Source of the DNA: Callorhinchus milii
Lineage: Eukaryota
Reading direction: 5' to 3'
Length of the DNA: 64,000 nt
Assembly: GCF_018977255.1 (NCBI RefSeq)
Contig: NW_024704743.1
Location: 16,494,001-16,558,000, forward strand
Within the stretch, counting starts at the first letter, position 1; the number at the start of each line of letters is the position of its first letter. A program made the translations under genes and the position numbers. Under the pieces are notes generated by a model. It was not told where the DNA came from, ran no database searches, and worked only from the letters and a program-made list of their open reading frames with translations. Below, one piece after another: positions 49,320 to 62,904 of this stretch.

Positions 49320-52215
49320 GTTGCCTTTGCAGTCCAGTTATAATGCAGAAATTCCATTAGCAGCCGAGATCAGCCTGACACCAACCTGAATTTCATCCCA
49401 ATAAGACTAGGAAGGAGAAAGCCATTCAGTCCACCCGTCTGATCCAATTAAACCATTTAATCCCATTTCCCTGGCAAATATTAATATATTTGCTCCTCAA
49501 GTAACTTTGAGAGGATCAGAGAAGAGCTACAAAGTGAACTTGCTGCCTGTACTTTGAGCTCTAAGTGATGAGGAAGGACTCACAGAACTGAACTTATTTT
49601 TTACTGGAGGAGACGTGAATGGGAATGGAGGCTATAGGGAAAGGTGCAGGCTGAAATGAGCAAATACACCACAGTATGGAGTGCTTGAGACATTTGCTTG
49701 GAGTTTTTGTTTGATTTATATTATCTTATCTGTGCAGAACCTTTTCCCAGCAGAGAGAAAGTGTTGGGTGAAGGTTGTGATAGGGATTAAGTTCTGCATG
49801 ATATGTGGAGTGAGGGAGTTTAATGGACAAAATAACCTTCACAGGCTTCACATTCTTTTATGTTCCAATATACCGTTAATGAAGAATTCCTGAGTTCTCA
49901 ACAAATAGCTTGTTTTGATTCACAACTTCAGTGTTACAGTATTATGCTCCTAAGAATAACTTGAACAGATTGAACGCCTCATGTGGTCCCTTGTAACATT
50001 ATGTAGAACAGTGTTAAATGATAACTGTAAGATTGCTTCACTGAGTGTTAAATATCTGCAGCACCAAAGACAGAAAGCCTGGATCACTTTGATGTGCTTT
50101 ATTCTCTATGCACCCTGTAGTCGCTGTCACTAGAGCCCTGATCAAAGCACACAGTCCTTTGATTTCTTGGATAGCTGTAGCTTTCATACAACATGTACAA
50201 TGGCCAATGTGCTTGAAGATTAGTACATGTATTTAAGGAACTGACTTCAGTATTTCAGAAACAGAACACTGATAATGACATGCAGTCTTCCCCCTACACC
50301 CCCCCGCTGCCCCGATATCTAGAGTTAAATAGTGTACATCTGTTACATACTTTTTGCTGAGAGTCTTGTATTCCAAATTACAGTGCTCCTGGACTTTATC
50401 CTTCGTGAAAGGCACTCTACAAATGTATGTTGTTGCTGTTGGTCCCAATACCAACAGGACATTTCTTGCAGGTCTACCTGTCCTGTGCTGCTTGTTTCCT
50501 CCTTATGTCAGTCTGCCTATGCTCTGTGGAAATGATTGTTTGTTTTGGGGAGTGATGAGGGTATGTGAGAAGTCCTTTTTCTAACTAACTGGAAATGGAT
50601 TCAGATTGCTTAGTGCTTGCCCATCCGAATGGTGAGGCTAAACAAAATTCACTCGGAATAGGATATGTTTCATAAGTGGTTTATCCACATTTTTTGTGGA
50701 GGAGTGCACAGTGGCCTGTAACGATATGCTCCCAACAGTTAGTGTTACATTATTCTGGACATTTGAGGGACACTGTGTTCTCTAGAGTTGAACCCAGGAG
50801 AAGAAGAGCTAGATCTGAATAGATTGCAAGGCTAGACATGACCATTGTGACTTTTCAGACTGTTAACCACTACACAGTGAGTAAATAACACATTTCTGCT
50901 GCACTTTATCTCATCTCTGCCAAACTGAAAGCATCACTCTTTCTGTCCAATAGTCTTGCCTCCTTTTCAAAATAAGCCTTTATATTTTCATAGGCTGGGT
51001 TTCAGTGTGTTAGACTCAGTTAGTACTCTAACCTCAATTATGAATTATACAGCATTTCTTTTATTCTTTTCCCTCTCGCTAATCTTCTCCTTCGTGTTGA
51101 CTTCTTGATACCTCGCCCAACTAGCTATTCATTGTGTATGAGCTTTGACAGAGGTCATGTGGCATGTTATCCCCAGGCAGTGGGTGCAGTGCAATAAGCC
51201 ACCTCTCGGCATCACAGAGCAGTAGTTGTAGAACACCTGAAGCCCATTTGGGAAACACGTGATGGAGTTGTACATTTGTTTTCAGATGATCTGAAGGTAG
51301 AGTCTAGCAATAAAATCACTGTCAGTGTCTGTGAAGGTGATCAATGCAACTGGTGGCTGGTACACACCTGTCAGGAAAGTATTTAAGGTTACTGCGTTGC
51401 ACTGTTTAAGTGATGTGAAGTGAGCAAGAGAGTTCCTCCGTTCACCAGTGGACATGAGCAGGTAGCAGGTTGCAGAAACTCTTCAACGTTGCTCTCTTCA
51501 CTAAACTCTATAAGAGATTGTCCCTATTAATATTTTAGAATACAGTATATGAGTAATTTGAGACATGAGATATAGTAAGTGTAGTATGTTTAGAAGAACC
51601 AGGCAACTTTGGATCTAACGTTCCCAAAACATTCCACTGTGTTGGTAGACTAATCCATCCAGAATTCATTGCTATCATTTCCATTATTGTAGCACGCGAC
51701 TATCAAGGTGGTAGAAGGCGGATTAGATGCACCTTGGTCGTTTTTCATCTAGTAATTCATATGTTTCCATGTTGAGGTTGAAAAAGTACTCGAACAGAAA
51801 AGCACTCCAGAAATGGGGTGAGCACTGGAAAAACGCCATGACGTAAAGTGTTGTATGTGCAGGAAAACCAATATACGTCACAAGAATTCTGCTCCGAAGT
51901 GATCTTTAGAGTCCATGTGGGCTCCATACTCAAGACGCACTCACACTCGCTCACACCATGTACACCAAGAATAGCCGATTGTGCAAGGTACTAGAGAATG
52001 GCTAGTTTCCTCAGAACTGTTCCCCAGCAACCCAGGGTCAACACCTCCAATAGAGGATGGAAGAAAGTAGAAGATTGGAGAGAAAATAGAATTGCCTTTG
52101 AGTTAAATATAGCCGTGATTGCTGGTGTGTGGTGTCATTGCTTTCAGCACAATGCAGAAATCGCTTCTCCTTATGCCAAGACCCATAGATAATAATTCTA
52201 TCTTTCAATTTTCAG

Positions 52216-52296
52216 GTGCTTCAGAAGTTGGGTAAAGCAGATGAAACTCGAGATGAACAGTTTGAAACATTTGTACAGAACTTCAAAAAGCAGGAG
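52216..52296 (+). CDS. AMPH: AMPH coding exon 2 ([27 protein letters not shown])
   Basis: Read manually. ttttcAG acceptor, GTaagc donor, 81 bp, phase 0-0. BAR domain sequence. Confidence 0.96.
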
Positions 52297-52389
52297 GTAA
52301 GCACCACAAATGTTTTCACCCTGGCTGGAGAAGTAGACCTCTAACCTCCAAGAATGGGTACTGTGTTTATAGAGTGCTTTCATTAGCAT

Positions 52390-52728
52390 TAATAATAATA
52401 ATAATAATCCTTGCATTTGGTATAGCGCTTATACATCATTGAGACGTCTCAAAGAGCTTCACAGAATATACTGTAAAGTGAATTGACTGTATATTTTGTG
52501 AGAGCAACGCAGCAGCCAATTGCGCACAGCAGTGTCATGGATTGAGTGACCAAATTATTATTTTTTTTTGAAAGGATTATTACTCCCAGAAAGTGATCAG
52601 CCAATCAATCAACAACCAAATTCCTAGTTACTGCTAAGTAAACAGAGTGTAGAGTAAGGAAACTTGCTTAAGGTTTCGCCCCGCCAGGAGATCGAATCCG
52701 GGATCTCTCGCTTGTGAGACAAGACTCC
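52390..52728 (-). mobile_element. Family A SINE (long form) just downstream of AMPH exon 2
   Basis: Reverse-complement tail, core and B box. Confidence 0.88.
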
Positions 52729-55700
52729 ACAATGGCAAAAACAGTGGAAATCCCAAACAAACCCGCCTTGTGGAACCTCGCTGCTTAGACTACTTTGAGA
52801 CGGTGGTTCTGACAACACAGCTATAACACAGTGTCTTTGTATCACTACAGTGCTGAGAGTGATAGCATTTTGTTTCTGGACGGATACCATGGGGCATTTA
52901 AAGCCTCTTGTCCGGAAACAAAGTGCAACTGGCAAACAGTCTCAAGAAATTACTTTTATTTTTATAGAACTTGATCAACATGTCTCTACAGGTAATCACT
53001 GTCAAGTAGTATTATTATTTTTGTAATCAAAAGCAACAGTCAATTTGATTATAACATTTGATTACATTTATAGAGCAGCCTTTAACAATTAGATAATTAT
53101 TTGGGAAGGACAAGTTTTTCAGGGCTGTGGGGAGACAACGGGGAGTGGGATTGATTTAGATAGCTCCTTTTAAAGAGCTGGTAACAGACACGATGGGCCG
53201 AATGGCCTCCTTCTGTGCTGTATAATTCTGTGATTCTATGAACAGCATATCTTGCATACAAGATCCCACAAGCAGCCATGACTTGAATGATCAATTATGC
53301 TGGGCACCCAGAGAAACTGCCCAAATAGTATCATGGGATTTGTGATATCCACCTGAAGAGACAGACGGGAACCTCATTTTAACAACTCAACCGAAGGCAT
53401 CCATCGATTCTTTTCAAACACTATTTTACATTGATGCTTTAAAAAGAGTATTAATGAGCATGTGGAGTGAGCAGAAGACACTGTTTAGACTTAGGTGACT
53501 CGTGAAGAAAAAGAGCAATGTGGACTGAATGACTCGAATGGCTTGTTTCTGTGCTTTAACATTCTTTGATTCAGTGAAAAGTATTGGTACTTTTTAACAA
53601 GTTGTGAATAATAGAAGCTCTGTGTCATAAAATAGTTAGTTAGAAAACTGCTTCCCTCTACCCTGGTTTCTTCGGCAGTCAGACAGATGAGGTCAAGCAG
53701 TCTGTTCTCTTTAACAGCCACAAGTGATGAGGATCAAACTGCTATTACTTGAATAATGAGATCAAGCACATGTTTGAATGATATGCATTCTCCTTTAAGC
53801 TACACAAAGAACTGCTCCCTCATGTCTCCTGTGCCTTATTCAATAAGTGCCATTTGTCTGTACATCCATCTTCTGTACAGTATTGTGCCAACATGTTGTT
53901 TGATTAATGTTCAGTACCTGAATGAAGTGAAGCTTAATGACTTACAAATAACATTGCTGGCTGAAGGAAAACAAAACCTATCAATAATGAGGCAATGAAA
54001 TGAAGGCACATTTGTGTTGTATTCACTGTGATTTATAGGAATTATAGGAAGGTGATGGAATAGATTTCAGCCACATCTGGCATAAATGAGGCTTGAAGAA
54101 CATGGATTACTTTGGTCATTGCTTCACTCCTTCTCTAGCATGGTGTTTCCTCCTCATATTTCAGCCTCCATACGCTGGACACTGTATTCTTTTCTCTGCT
54201 CCTATATCACGGCCCACGCTACTCAGTGGCCAGGTGCAAGCTATGCGGTTTTAGCTAGTCAGACTCCAGCAGAACCCCAACGCACTTTATGGGGTTTCCA
54301 AGCTTTGGCTCTTGCCAACTTAAGCCTAATACTTTCCGGAATTAGGTAAGCAGGATGTGTCCCTCCAGAGAGAGAGTGCGTATTCCATTCCAACATTTTA
54401 TCTCTGGTATTTCCATGTGTAGGTAGGATGCAATGGCAATCTCAGCTTGGTTTGGATAGTCTTAAGCATGGTGATGGATTTCCGCATGTTTCAGACAACC
54501 GATTGACCAAAAAAATCAAATCCTTCCAATATACTGTACTGATTCACTGTGGAGAGAAAGGGGCTATCTTGATTATAACATATAACAAAAATTATTATTA
54601 TTATAACAAAAATTCAACTCTGCTTGAGCTAAATATTATAACTGCCTAGCATTTGGCAGGAATGAGGGGAAAGCTGTATGGAAAAGGCCAGTGGAGCCCC
54701 ATGGACACTTTGTGTGAATGGCAGATGGAACAGCAAATGAGACTTATATCAGAGCTACGTGAGGGATTAGATTTAGGAGATCAAAGGCCAAACCAGGCTG
54801 GTAGTCCCTTCTGTAAGAGACTGCTTGGCTCTTTCATGACAATGTGTCAGGAGGTTTTGCCAGTCGTCAGGCTATTACAGCAGCTTAAGACCGCAATCAC
54901 TATATCCTCTATTACTGTTCCGTGTCTGGTTCCTTTTTGTATGAGTTAATTAACTGAGAATCATTTGGTTTTATTGGAAGTCTGCTCCGCATGTCCAGTT
55001 GCAGTCAGACCGCTGTGCTCACAGGCTCAGCTGCATCAGTAAAGGTAGTCCCAGCCCCACTTTCCATGAACCTGGTGTCCTTCAGACACTGCATCATTAG
55101 TCAGTCTGCCCTGCGCTCACAGGTTACAGCTTCATTGGAGAATAAAGTAAGAACAGATGTCTGCTGCCCTTCAAAGCAACACAAAGTGGAACATTTTCAG
55201 CAACAGTTCTTTGACAGGATCCTCGAGGACATTAACTTTACATGTGAAGACACTTTGTAAAAGAATCACAGAACATTTATGACCCAAAAGGAGGCCATTC
55301 TGCCTGTCATATTCTATTGATGCTGGCTCCCCCACTGAGCATACAGATTTATTCTCATCCTGATCTACTGCTCTTTCTTCAAAAGCTTTAATATTTTTCC
55401 TTAAGTGCTTATCTAAGTTCACCACGGTAAGATTCTCCAAACATCCATGTATCTATGACATGTTGGAGACTATATAGTGACAACTGGAAATTTGAGCATG
55501 AAGATATAGTAATAATGATAATCATTGCATTTGATATAGCACCTTATCACATTGTTGAGACGTCTGAAAGCACTTCACAGAATATACTGTAAAGTAAATT
55601 GACTGTATATTTTGTGGGTGAAACGCAGCAGCCCAAACAAATCTGAGTGTAATTCTCTGCTGGTGGTAAACTTGTCAACATTGTGCCTGAAATTTCTCAT

Positions 55701-56204
55701 AGTTTTAGCCTCAAGACCATTGTCTTAAAATGTCTAGCTTGCGCAGAATTTGCACAGTTCTTTTTTAATAAGTCAAGAAAGCTCACTTGAAAATTAAGAC
55801 TGAATAATCTTCCAAAGTTCTGTGCAGTCTTAACTTTTAAGCCTACGACTGTGAGAAATCCCGGGCCTCTGATCCTCCACTAGCTGATGAATTCCATCAT
55901 GTGGTTGGCTGCAGTAATGGTGGAGGAGAAGCTGCTGTCTGCGACCTGAGTTTAAACTATACACATAAAGGTTTTATTCCCCTGGTAGCTGCGTTCTAAT
56001 GCAAGCTCCGGTTAGGTGAGCCGAACTCCCTTTCCCTTCCCCTTAATCACTTCTTCCACTCTTTATCTATCTTTAAATCCTGTCTTAATATCTACCTCTT
56101 CAACATTGCATATGGTCATCTCCACCTTCGCCCTCAACCCTCTTCCTTGCTCGGCATCCAAACCCATCTTTATACAATGCTCTGAGCTGTTACCCTACAG
56201 GGGT

Positions 56205-56965
56205 TTTGGTAGAGTAGATAGAATCATTCGGCCAATCGTGCCTGCGTCGGCTCTTTGGAAGAGCTACCCAATCAGTCCCACTCTCCTGCTCTTTCCCAAT
56301 ATCCTTGCAACTTTTTTCCTTTTCAAGTACCTATCTAATTCCCTTCTGAAAGTTATCATTGAATCTGTTCCCACCGCCCTTTCAGGCAATGCATTCCAGA
56401 CCGTAATAACTGTCTGCGTAAAAAAATTCTCCTCATTTCCCCTCTCGTCCTTTTACAAATTATCTTACATCTATGTCCAATGGTTACTGACCCACAGTGC
56501 TAGTGGAAACAGTTTTTCCCTATCAACTCTATCAAAACCCCTCATAATTTTAAACAACTCTCTTAAATCTCCCCTTAGCCTTCTCTGCTCTAAGGAGAAC
56601 AACCCCATCTTCTCTAGTCTTTACACATAACTAAAGTCCCTCATCCCTGGTATCATTCTGGTAAATCTCCTTAGCACAGAGTTGGACACAATACTCCAGC
56701 TGAGGCCTAACCAGTGACTTAGAAAGGTTCAGCAGAACTTCCTTGCTTTTGTACTCTATATGCCTCTATTTATAAAGCCAAGGATCCCATATGCTTTTTT
56801 GACAGCTCTATCAACCTGTCCTGACACCTTCAAAGACCTGTGTATGTGAACCCCCAGGTCTCTCTGCTCTGCCCCCTTTAAAACTGTACCGTTTATTGTA
56901 TATTACCTCTCCTCATTCTTCCTCCCAAAATGCATCAACTCGCACGTCTCTGCATTAAACTTCAG
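56205..56965 (-). mobile_element. CR1 LINE 3' fragment
   Basis: Reverse strand shows LVRPQLEYCVQ-like and FTQ.VI.VWNALPE motifs plus 3' UTR. Confidence 0.88.
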
Positions 56966-56974
56966 GCCATAGGT

Positions 56975-57251
56975 AGAAACTGTTTGCTGTGGGTGGGTTG
57001 GTAACCAGAGGACACAGATTTAAGATAATTGGCAAAAGAACCAGAGGGGAGACGAGGAGATTTTTTTTTACCCAGAGTTATTACGATCTGGAATGCTACC
57101 TGAAAGGGTGATGGAAGCAGATTCAATAGTAGCTTTCAAAAGGGAATTGGTTACGTGCTTAAGCAGAAAAAAAATGCAGGACTAGCTCTTTCAAAGAGCT
57201 GGCACAAGCACGTGGGCTGAATGGCCTTCTCCTGTGCTGTAAGATTCTATG
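56975..57251 (+). mobile_element. CR1 LINE 3' end
   Basis: accagaggacacagatttaag..tggaatgc..cctgaaaggg..gggctgaatggcct..ttctatg. Confidence 0.85.
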
Positions 57252-58526
57252 AAGGGCACTATTTAATTACAAGTTGTTGATGTTGACCTGACGTATTAAA
57301 TGACCTGCAGTCCATCCAAATTTCCGCAACATTTTATGAAAGGTGAATTGATGAATAACTGGATAAGTGTGATTTCAATTATCCTAAAAGTGTGGATCAG
57401 TTTGGCTTTCATCCTGCAATTTTATTAAGTGGGTTTTGCATTTGACAATGAAGAATTCAATTTCAGGCACTCGAAGCCAACTTGGAACCCTAAACTCGAA
57501 ATGAAGCCGGATGTTCACTTGCAGCACTGCGCACCATTGGCACTTAGAATAAAGTATGGCAGAACTCCACAAGGACAAACTCCACATGGACATAGAAAAT
57601 ATTATTGTTGGCCTTTTTTCATATTCCTCATGAGGTTCTTCACATGGTGCAACTTCCGATCACTTTCCATACTGCAACGTTTCATGTTAGACTAGGCAGA
57701 TTGACGTACCAGTTGGTTAAAGGGTTCTCTGGGTTCAAATTCCAGTGGGGGCTGCTTAATCCTTCAAAAACAATCTCTGGGGTGAGGAGAAGCCTCCCTT
57801 GCTTGGAGAAAAGTTTCCTTGGAAAGCTGGGCAGAATCTACAGATTTCCATAGTGCTGCTGCTATTGGCATGTCCTAACACTCACAGTTATAGGTTTAAA
57901 CTGGACAAGTAATGTGGAATGGTTACCATTACCTGCAGTAGGTGTCAGCCTGCCTCAGTTGGTAGCACCATCGCCTCTGAGTCAGGTTTTCAGTGCTTTG
58001 GGTTGCTCTCCTGACTTGAAAAGTGCTATACAAATGTAATTCGTTGTTGCTGTTGTCAGGACCTTGCACATTCATAGTCTAGGTATCACTTCAGTGCAAT
58101 GCTGATTGTTCGATGTGCCATCCTTTCGATGTCATGTAAAACCAAGGTTCTGGCTGCCTGTTCAGGTAGACATGAAAGATCCCATGGAACAACTGCCCTG
58201 ACCAACAATCCCCTGATGAAAATTAGTCATTCACTTCACGGCTATTTGAGGGAAATTCCTGTCTGCAAATTGGCCGCTGTCTTCGCCAACAAAATACTCA
58301 GTCACTACATTTTACAGTATATCCAGTTCTTTGGAATGTCCTCCTGATATGGAAGGCGCAAGGATAATTTTAAGAATGGGTGATAATAATCCTTACATTT
58401 TGTATAGTGCCTTTCATGTCAATAGGATATCTCAAATCACTTTGCAATATTTAACTGATGTGGAGCTTGATATCACAACCTTCTTGTAACAACTGCTACA
58501 GAAGAAGTAGTTTTGTGCTCTATCTT

Positions 58527-58849
58527 GGAGTCCTGTAGCTTAGTGGTTAGAGCACTTGCCTCACAATCGAGAGGACCTGGGTTTGATTTCTGTTTACGTA
58601 GCAGTAAGTAAAAACCTAGTTGTCATTTGATTGCCGGATCGCTTTTCTGGGGGTAATAATTCCTTCAAACTAAATAAAATTAATCACTCAATCCACAACT
58701 GTTTGTGGGACACTGCTGTGTGCAACTGCCTGCCACATATCTCCCACAAAATATACAGTCAATTCATTTTACAGTATATTCTGTTAAGTGCTTTGAGACG
58801 TATCGAACACGTAATAAGGTGCTATATCAAATGCAAGGATTATTATTAT
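58527..58849 (+). mobile_element. Family A SINE (long form)
   Basis: ggagtcctgtagcttagtggttagagcac head through aaatgcaaggattattat tail. Confidence 0.88.
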
Positions 58850-59149
58850 ATTATTGTTTTTAAGTTCAAATTCAGCTTCCAGACATTCTGGAATAGCAGT
58901 AATTTATATAGAATATATTTCGTTGTAATTCTTTTCTTATTTTTAAAATTACAATTATTCCCCAATAATAGCATGAATCATACAATACATTGCACCAGGA
59001 GATAAACCTCAATAAAGATTTCATGTAATTTTACAAAAATGTTGGCATTTACAATTTTTAAGAAAGATTTTTAATTGTTGCATTGCTGACTAGGATATTA
59101 AAAAGTGAATTGCTTTCCTGATGGTTTCTTTATTGTGTTCTTTTTTCAG

Positions 59150-59204
59150 ACTGAAGGCAGTCGACTACAGAGAGAATTACGAGGTTACCTAGCAGCAGTG
59201 AAAG
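59150..59204 (+). CDS. AMPH: AMPH coding exon 3 (TEGSRLQRELRGYLAAVK)
   Basis: Long pyrimidine tract plus cAG acceptor; donor GTtaaa; 55 bp, phase 0-1. Confidence 0.95.
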
Positions 59205-61091
59205 GTTAAAATATTTTCCCTATCTTTTATTTTGTGATCTACGTGCCTGACACAGAATTCCTACGTACTTGTTCAACACAGTTTCTGCACTCAGTAGCTT
59301 GAGTGACTGTTTCTGATCTATAGTTTTATACTTTCAGAGCTTTGACTGGCAAATTATACAACAACTTGCACTTATATGGCATCTTTCAATAGTGGAACAT
59401 CTCAAAGTCTTGTACAACGACAGAGTGAGAGTCTCCCATGCAGCTCGGGAGATACTGGTTAGATGGAAGGTGACTGAAAATGTAGTTCTTTAGAAGAGGG
59501 AGTGAGGTGGAAGGATTTAAGGAAAGTGTTTAGAAAGGGCATTAGCCCTTTTCACATCATCTGGTTCTCCGTCCCCAACCACTCCATCTCACTCCCTCTC
59601 TTTCTGTCTTTAAGTCCTGCCTCAAATCCTATCCAAACACCTTTGGCCCCCTAACTTTTCTTTCCACCCTCTCCCTTGCTCAGTATCCAAACCTGACGAT
59701 ATGAAGCGCTTGTAGACATTATTTTGTGTGCCAGTTAGTGCAGAGGAGAGCAATGAAGATGATCCCCAGTGTTAGAGGAGTGAGCTATGAGCAAAGATTA
59801 GACAAAAAGTACTCTTCAGTCTTGAGAAAAGACGGCTCAGAATGGGATCTCACATGTTTTGAATTTTAAATGGGATTGAAAAGTATACCCAGATCAATAC
59901 TTTAAGATGTAACAAGACAGTCGAACAAGAGGTCAGAGGTTCTCCTTACAGAGAGGGCAATCAACAACTGGAATAGGTAGCCAGGGAAGGTGGTTGAGGC
60001 CGGCACACTGAACTCATTACAAAACAGCTGGATTCTTTGATGGGGTAAATGTTATGGACGATGAGATAAGATAAGGTTTCTCTTCGTCCGAGCCAATCAT
60101 GAAATCTTGTGAAATGACGCTATACAAATACAAGTTGTTGTTTGTTGTTGCTTGTCTTGATCTTAGCTTTTGGCTCCAGATTCTCTAGATAAGAACAAGA
60201 GATGTCTACAGGTGGTAACCCCAGGTCTTTATTATTAGGACCAAAGGGGCAAAGGCTCTCGTGAAGCTCTGCTCAAGGAGAAAGCAAATCTTTTTCAGTC
60301 ATTAGTATCTGATTTTTGGAATTTGAAGCAATGTGATTTATGTAGCAGCTTGGAAGAACCTGAGGAGCGGTTACCATAGTAACCCCATCACCCAAGGACA
60401 CAGCCCATATGCTGCCTCTGCGGCTGAACTAGTATCATGATATCCGGAAATTTGACTTGAAAGATCACTTTAAAATGAGTCTCTTGGTCTTTTCTGCACT
60501 GCAGAAGTAAATGGAAGTGTCAGAGAGCATCAAAATAGCAATACAATTGTAACCTCCAATAGATATTTGACATTAAAATAAAAAATATATAAATTTGATA
60601 TAATGTCTTTGACATCAGGAGGACATCTCAAAATACTTCACAGAATATAATGTAAAGTGCAGTGACTGTGTATTTCATTGGCAAATGCTGGCAGCCAATT
60701 TGCACATAGCATTGTCCTACAAACAGTGATTGTGTGAATGACAAGTTTTATTTAGGGCATTTTTGGCCAGGAGAAACTCCCTTCTTACAGCCAGGAGCAC
60801 AGTCACAACTTCTACCTGCTGCCACAACAGAGTGAAAATTGTGAAAAATGTCAAACTTGAATCTTAATTTGGAAGACAGTTTTCCGCTGTTCTTAAAAAA
60901 AATAAATCTTCCAAATTGCAATTGAATTTAAAAACTTTCTACAATTCTTCACAGTGAATTTTAAAAGTGCCCTACAGGCTAAAACTATTTGGAATTTCAG
61001 GTGTATAATTATCCAAGGTTTTTCTCACTGTTTGTGATCACAGACATTGAGCACGAACCACACTCACAGTAGATCTGTTTCACCTCTTCAG

Positions 61092-61186
61092 GCATGCAGG
61101 AAGCCTCCACGAAGCTCACAGAGTCACTACACGAGGTCTATGAGCCTGAATGGTATGGCAAAGATGACATTAAAACTGTTGGGACG
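61092..61186 (+). CDS. AMPH: AMPH coding exon 4 (GMQEASTKLTESLHEVYEPEWYGKDDIKTVGT)
   Basis: ctcttcAG acceptor, GTaagt donor, 95 bp, phase 1-0. Confidence 0.96.
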
Positions 61187-62625
61187 GTAAGTATAAACAC
61201 AAGGACTTTCTGAAGAAAGATTCCCAGAGGGCCACTAAGATCTCTGCCATTTCTTTTACCTGCTCCCAAACTGTTGGCTGCATTTGACACTTGGGCTCCC
61301 GTTAGCTGGTCATTAAACACTGCTGTATCTCTGATCAAGTTGCCACTTTCTGCTATTTAAAAAAAAATTCCCTCTGTTTTCCAGCTGGTCAGCTCATGAG
61401 CAAAACGGACTGACTAGCTGGAAACTAGCTGGGTGGTGACTTTCACTTTCCACTGGGAATTCTGAAAACAACATGCTTCTTTTAAGAGACAAAGATGAAA
61501 ACTGTAACTAATGCACAAATAAATGGTGTAGGTCAGTGGCACTGAGAACAATGGCGGCGTAATATTATAACCAATGTGCAATAACACAAATATCTAATTA
61601 CAGGAAAGTGTACAGCATGTGGCGCTGAGGTTAGACAAAGAGAAACCATTCCAAGGACATACCTCTCCGTATCATTGGCAGTTTGCATATCTAGTGCAAT
61701 CTGAAGAATGATTTCTTATACTAAGACTGCCAGATTTCTCTTGACTTCATACGCAAATCTTACCAGCTTCATGTCCCCTTTGCTTTCACTGGAACAAGGA
61801 AATTAGTTGATTGGGGCTTAAAGCTTTGGGGAATAAACTGAGTTGCAGAAACAATCTTCACTGGAGCATTACCACCTTGCTGCCCAAGGAAGGTGCATGC
61901 TGTGAAAGATGTTCTCTCTCTCTCTCATCAAAACTAGTCAGTGATTTTCTTGATTTTTATTTCAAAGACTTTCTAATATGTCACAGCAAACAAAGGACAA
62001 TTTTAGGACAAACATCTAGAAGTACTTCCTTTACACAGAAGATTCTCAACAACTGGAACAGGTTACCAGGAAGAGTGGTTGAGGCCATGACACCAGACCC
62101 TTTCAACAAATGGCTTGATGCTGTGATGGGGATAGAGGGATAATGGGACAGTGGTCTGGGTATATTAGAAGGATGAGATCAAAAGGGCTGAAGAGCCTTC
62201 TTCATCCAAAACAATCTTGCAATGTGACAGTTGACACCATGAGCACTACGCCATTAAATAATGCTAATAATCCTTGCATTTGATTATAGAGCCATAGAAG
62301 TGTATTCCACTGCTAACAGGCATATGAGAGCCAAGTATTTTTTTACATTGTACAGCTGCAGATAATTGCTTGACAAATATGGCAGATTAATATATAAGAG
62401 ATGAGTTATCAGATCAGCCACATGTGAAATATAAATAATATCCCACAGCTCTTCATCATGTAACCATTATGTACTGGAAACTTGTAATGTTAAAGTATGG
62501 CATGCACTGTTTCAGTAAAAGTTTCCTATGGATATTCACTTTTCTGCTCTTGAGTATTTCTGGGTTTAGCTATGAAACCATCTATTTTGGCCATTGCAAA
62601 ATCTGAACTGTTCTTTACTTTCCAG

Positions 62626-62721
62626 CACTCTGACTCACTATGGGCAGACTTCCATCAGAAGGTGGTGGATCAGTCTTTGTTAACCCTGGACACATATCTG
62701 GGCCAATTTCCTGATATCAAG
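62626..62721 (+). CDS. AMPH: AMPH coding exon 5 ([32 protein letters not shown]); gene continues beyond the window
   Basis: ctttccAG acceptor, GTattt donor, 96 bp. [15 protein letters not shown] is a conserved AMPH/BIN motif. Confidence 0.96.
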
Positions 62722-62904
62722 GTATTTTTTGACACATTGTTTTAAACCAATACTTATGGCTTAAGTATATATATATGCACATTAATTGTATATTTATTTG
62801 CCTGTATGTTTACCTATATTCTGCTTAGTGTATATGTGCTATAGCTATGCATATTCAGTATATACCCCATTAAGTGTATACTTTTTTATCTTCAGTATAA
62901 CTTG

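Noticed and set aside
54653..55260. Two adjacent ~90-100 aa ORFs in moderately GC-rich intronic sequence
   Set aside because: No recognisable domain or splice structure; possibly an old TE remnant but unsupported.
56016..56630. 204-aa + strand ORF
   Set aside because: Antisense reading of a CR1 fragment joined to an L2 tail.
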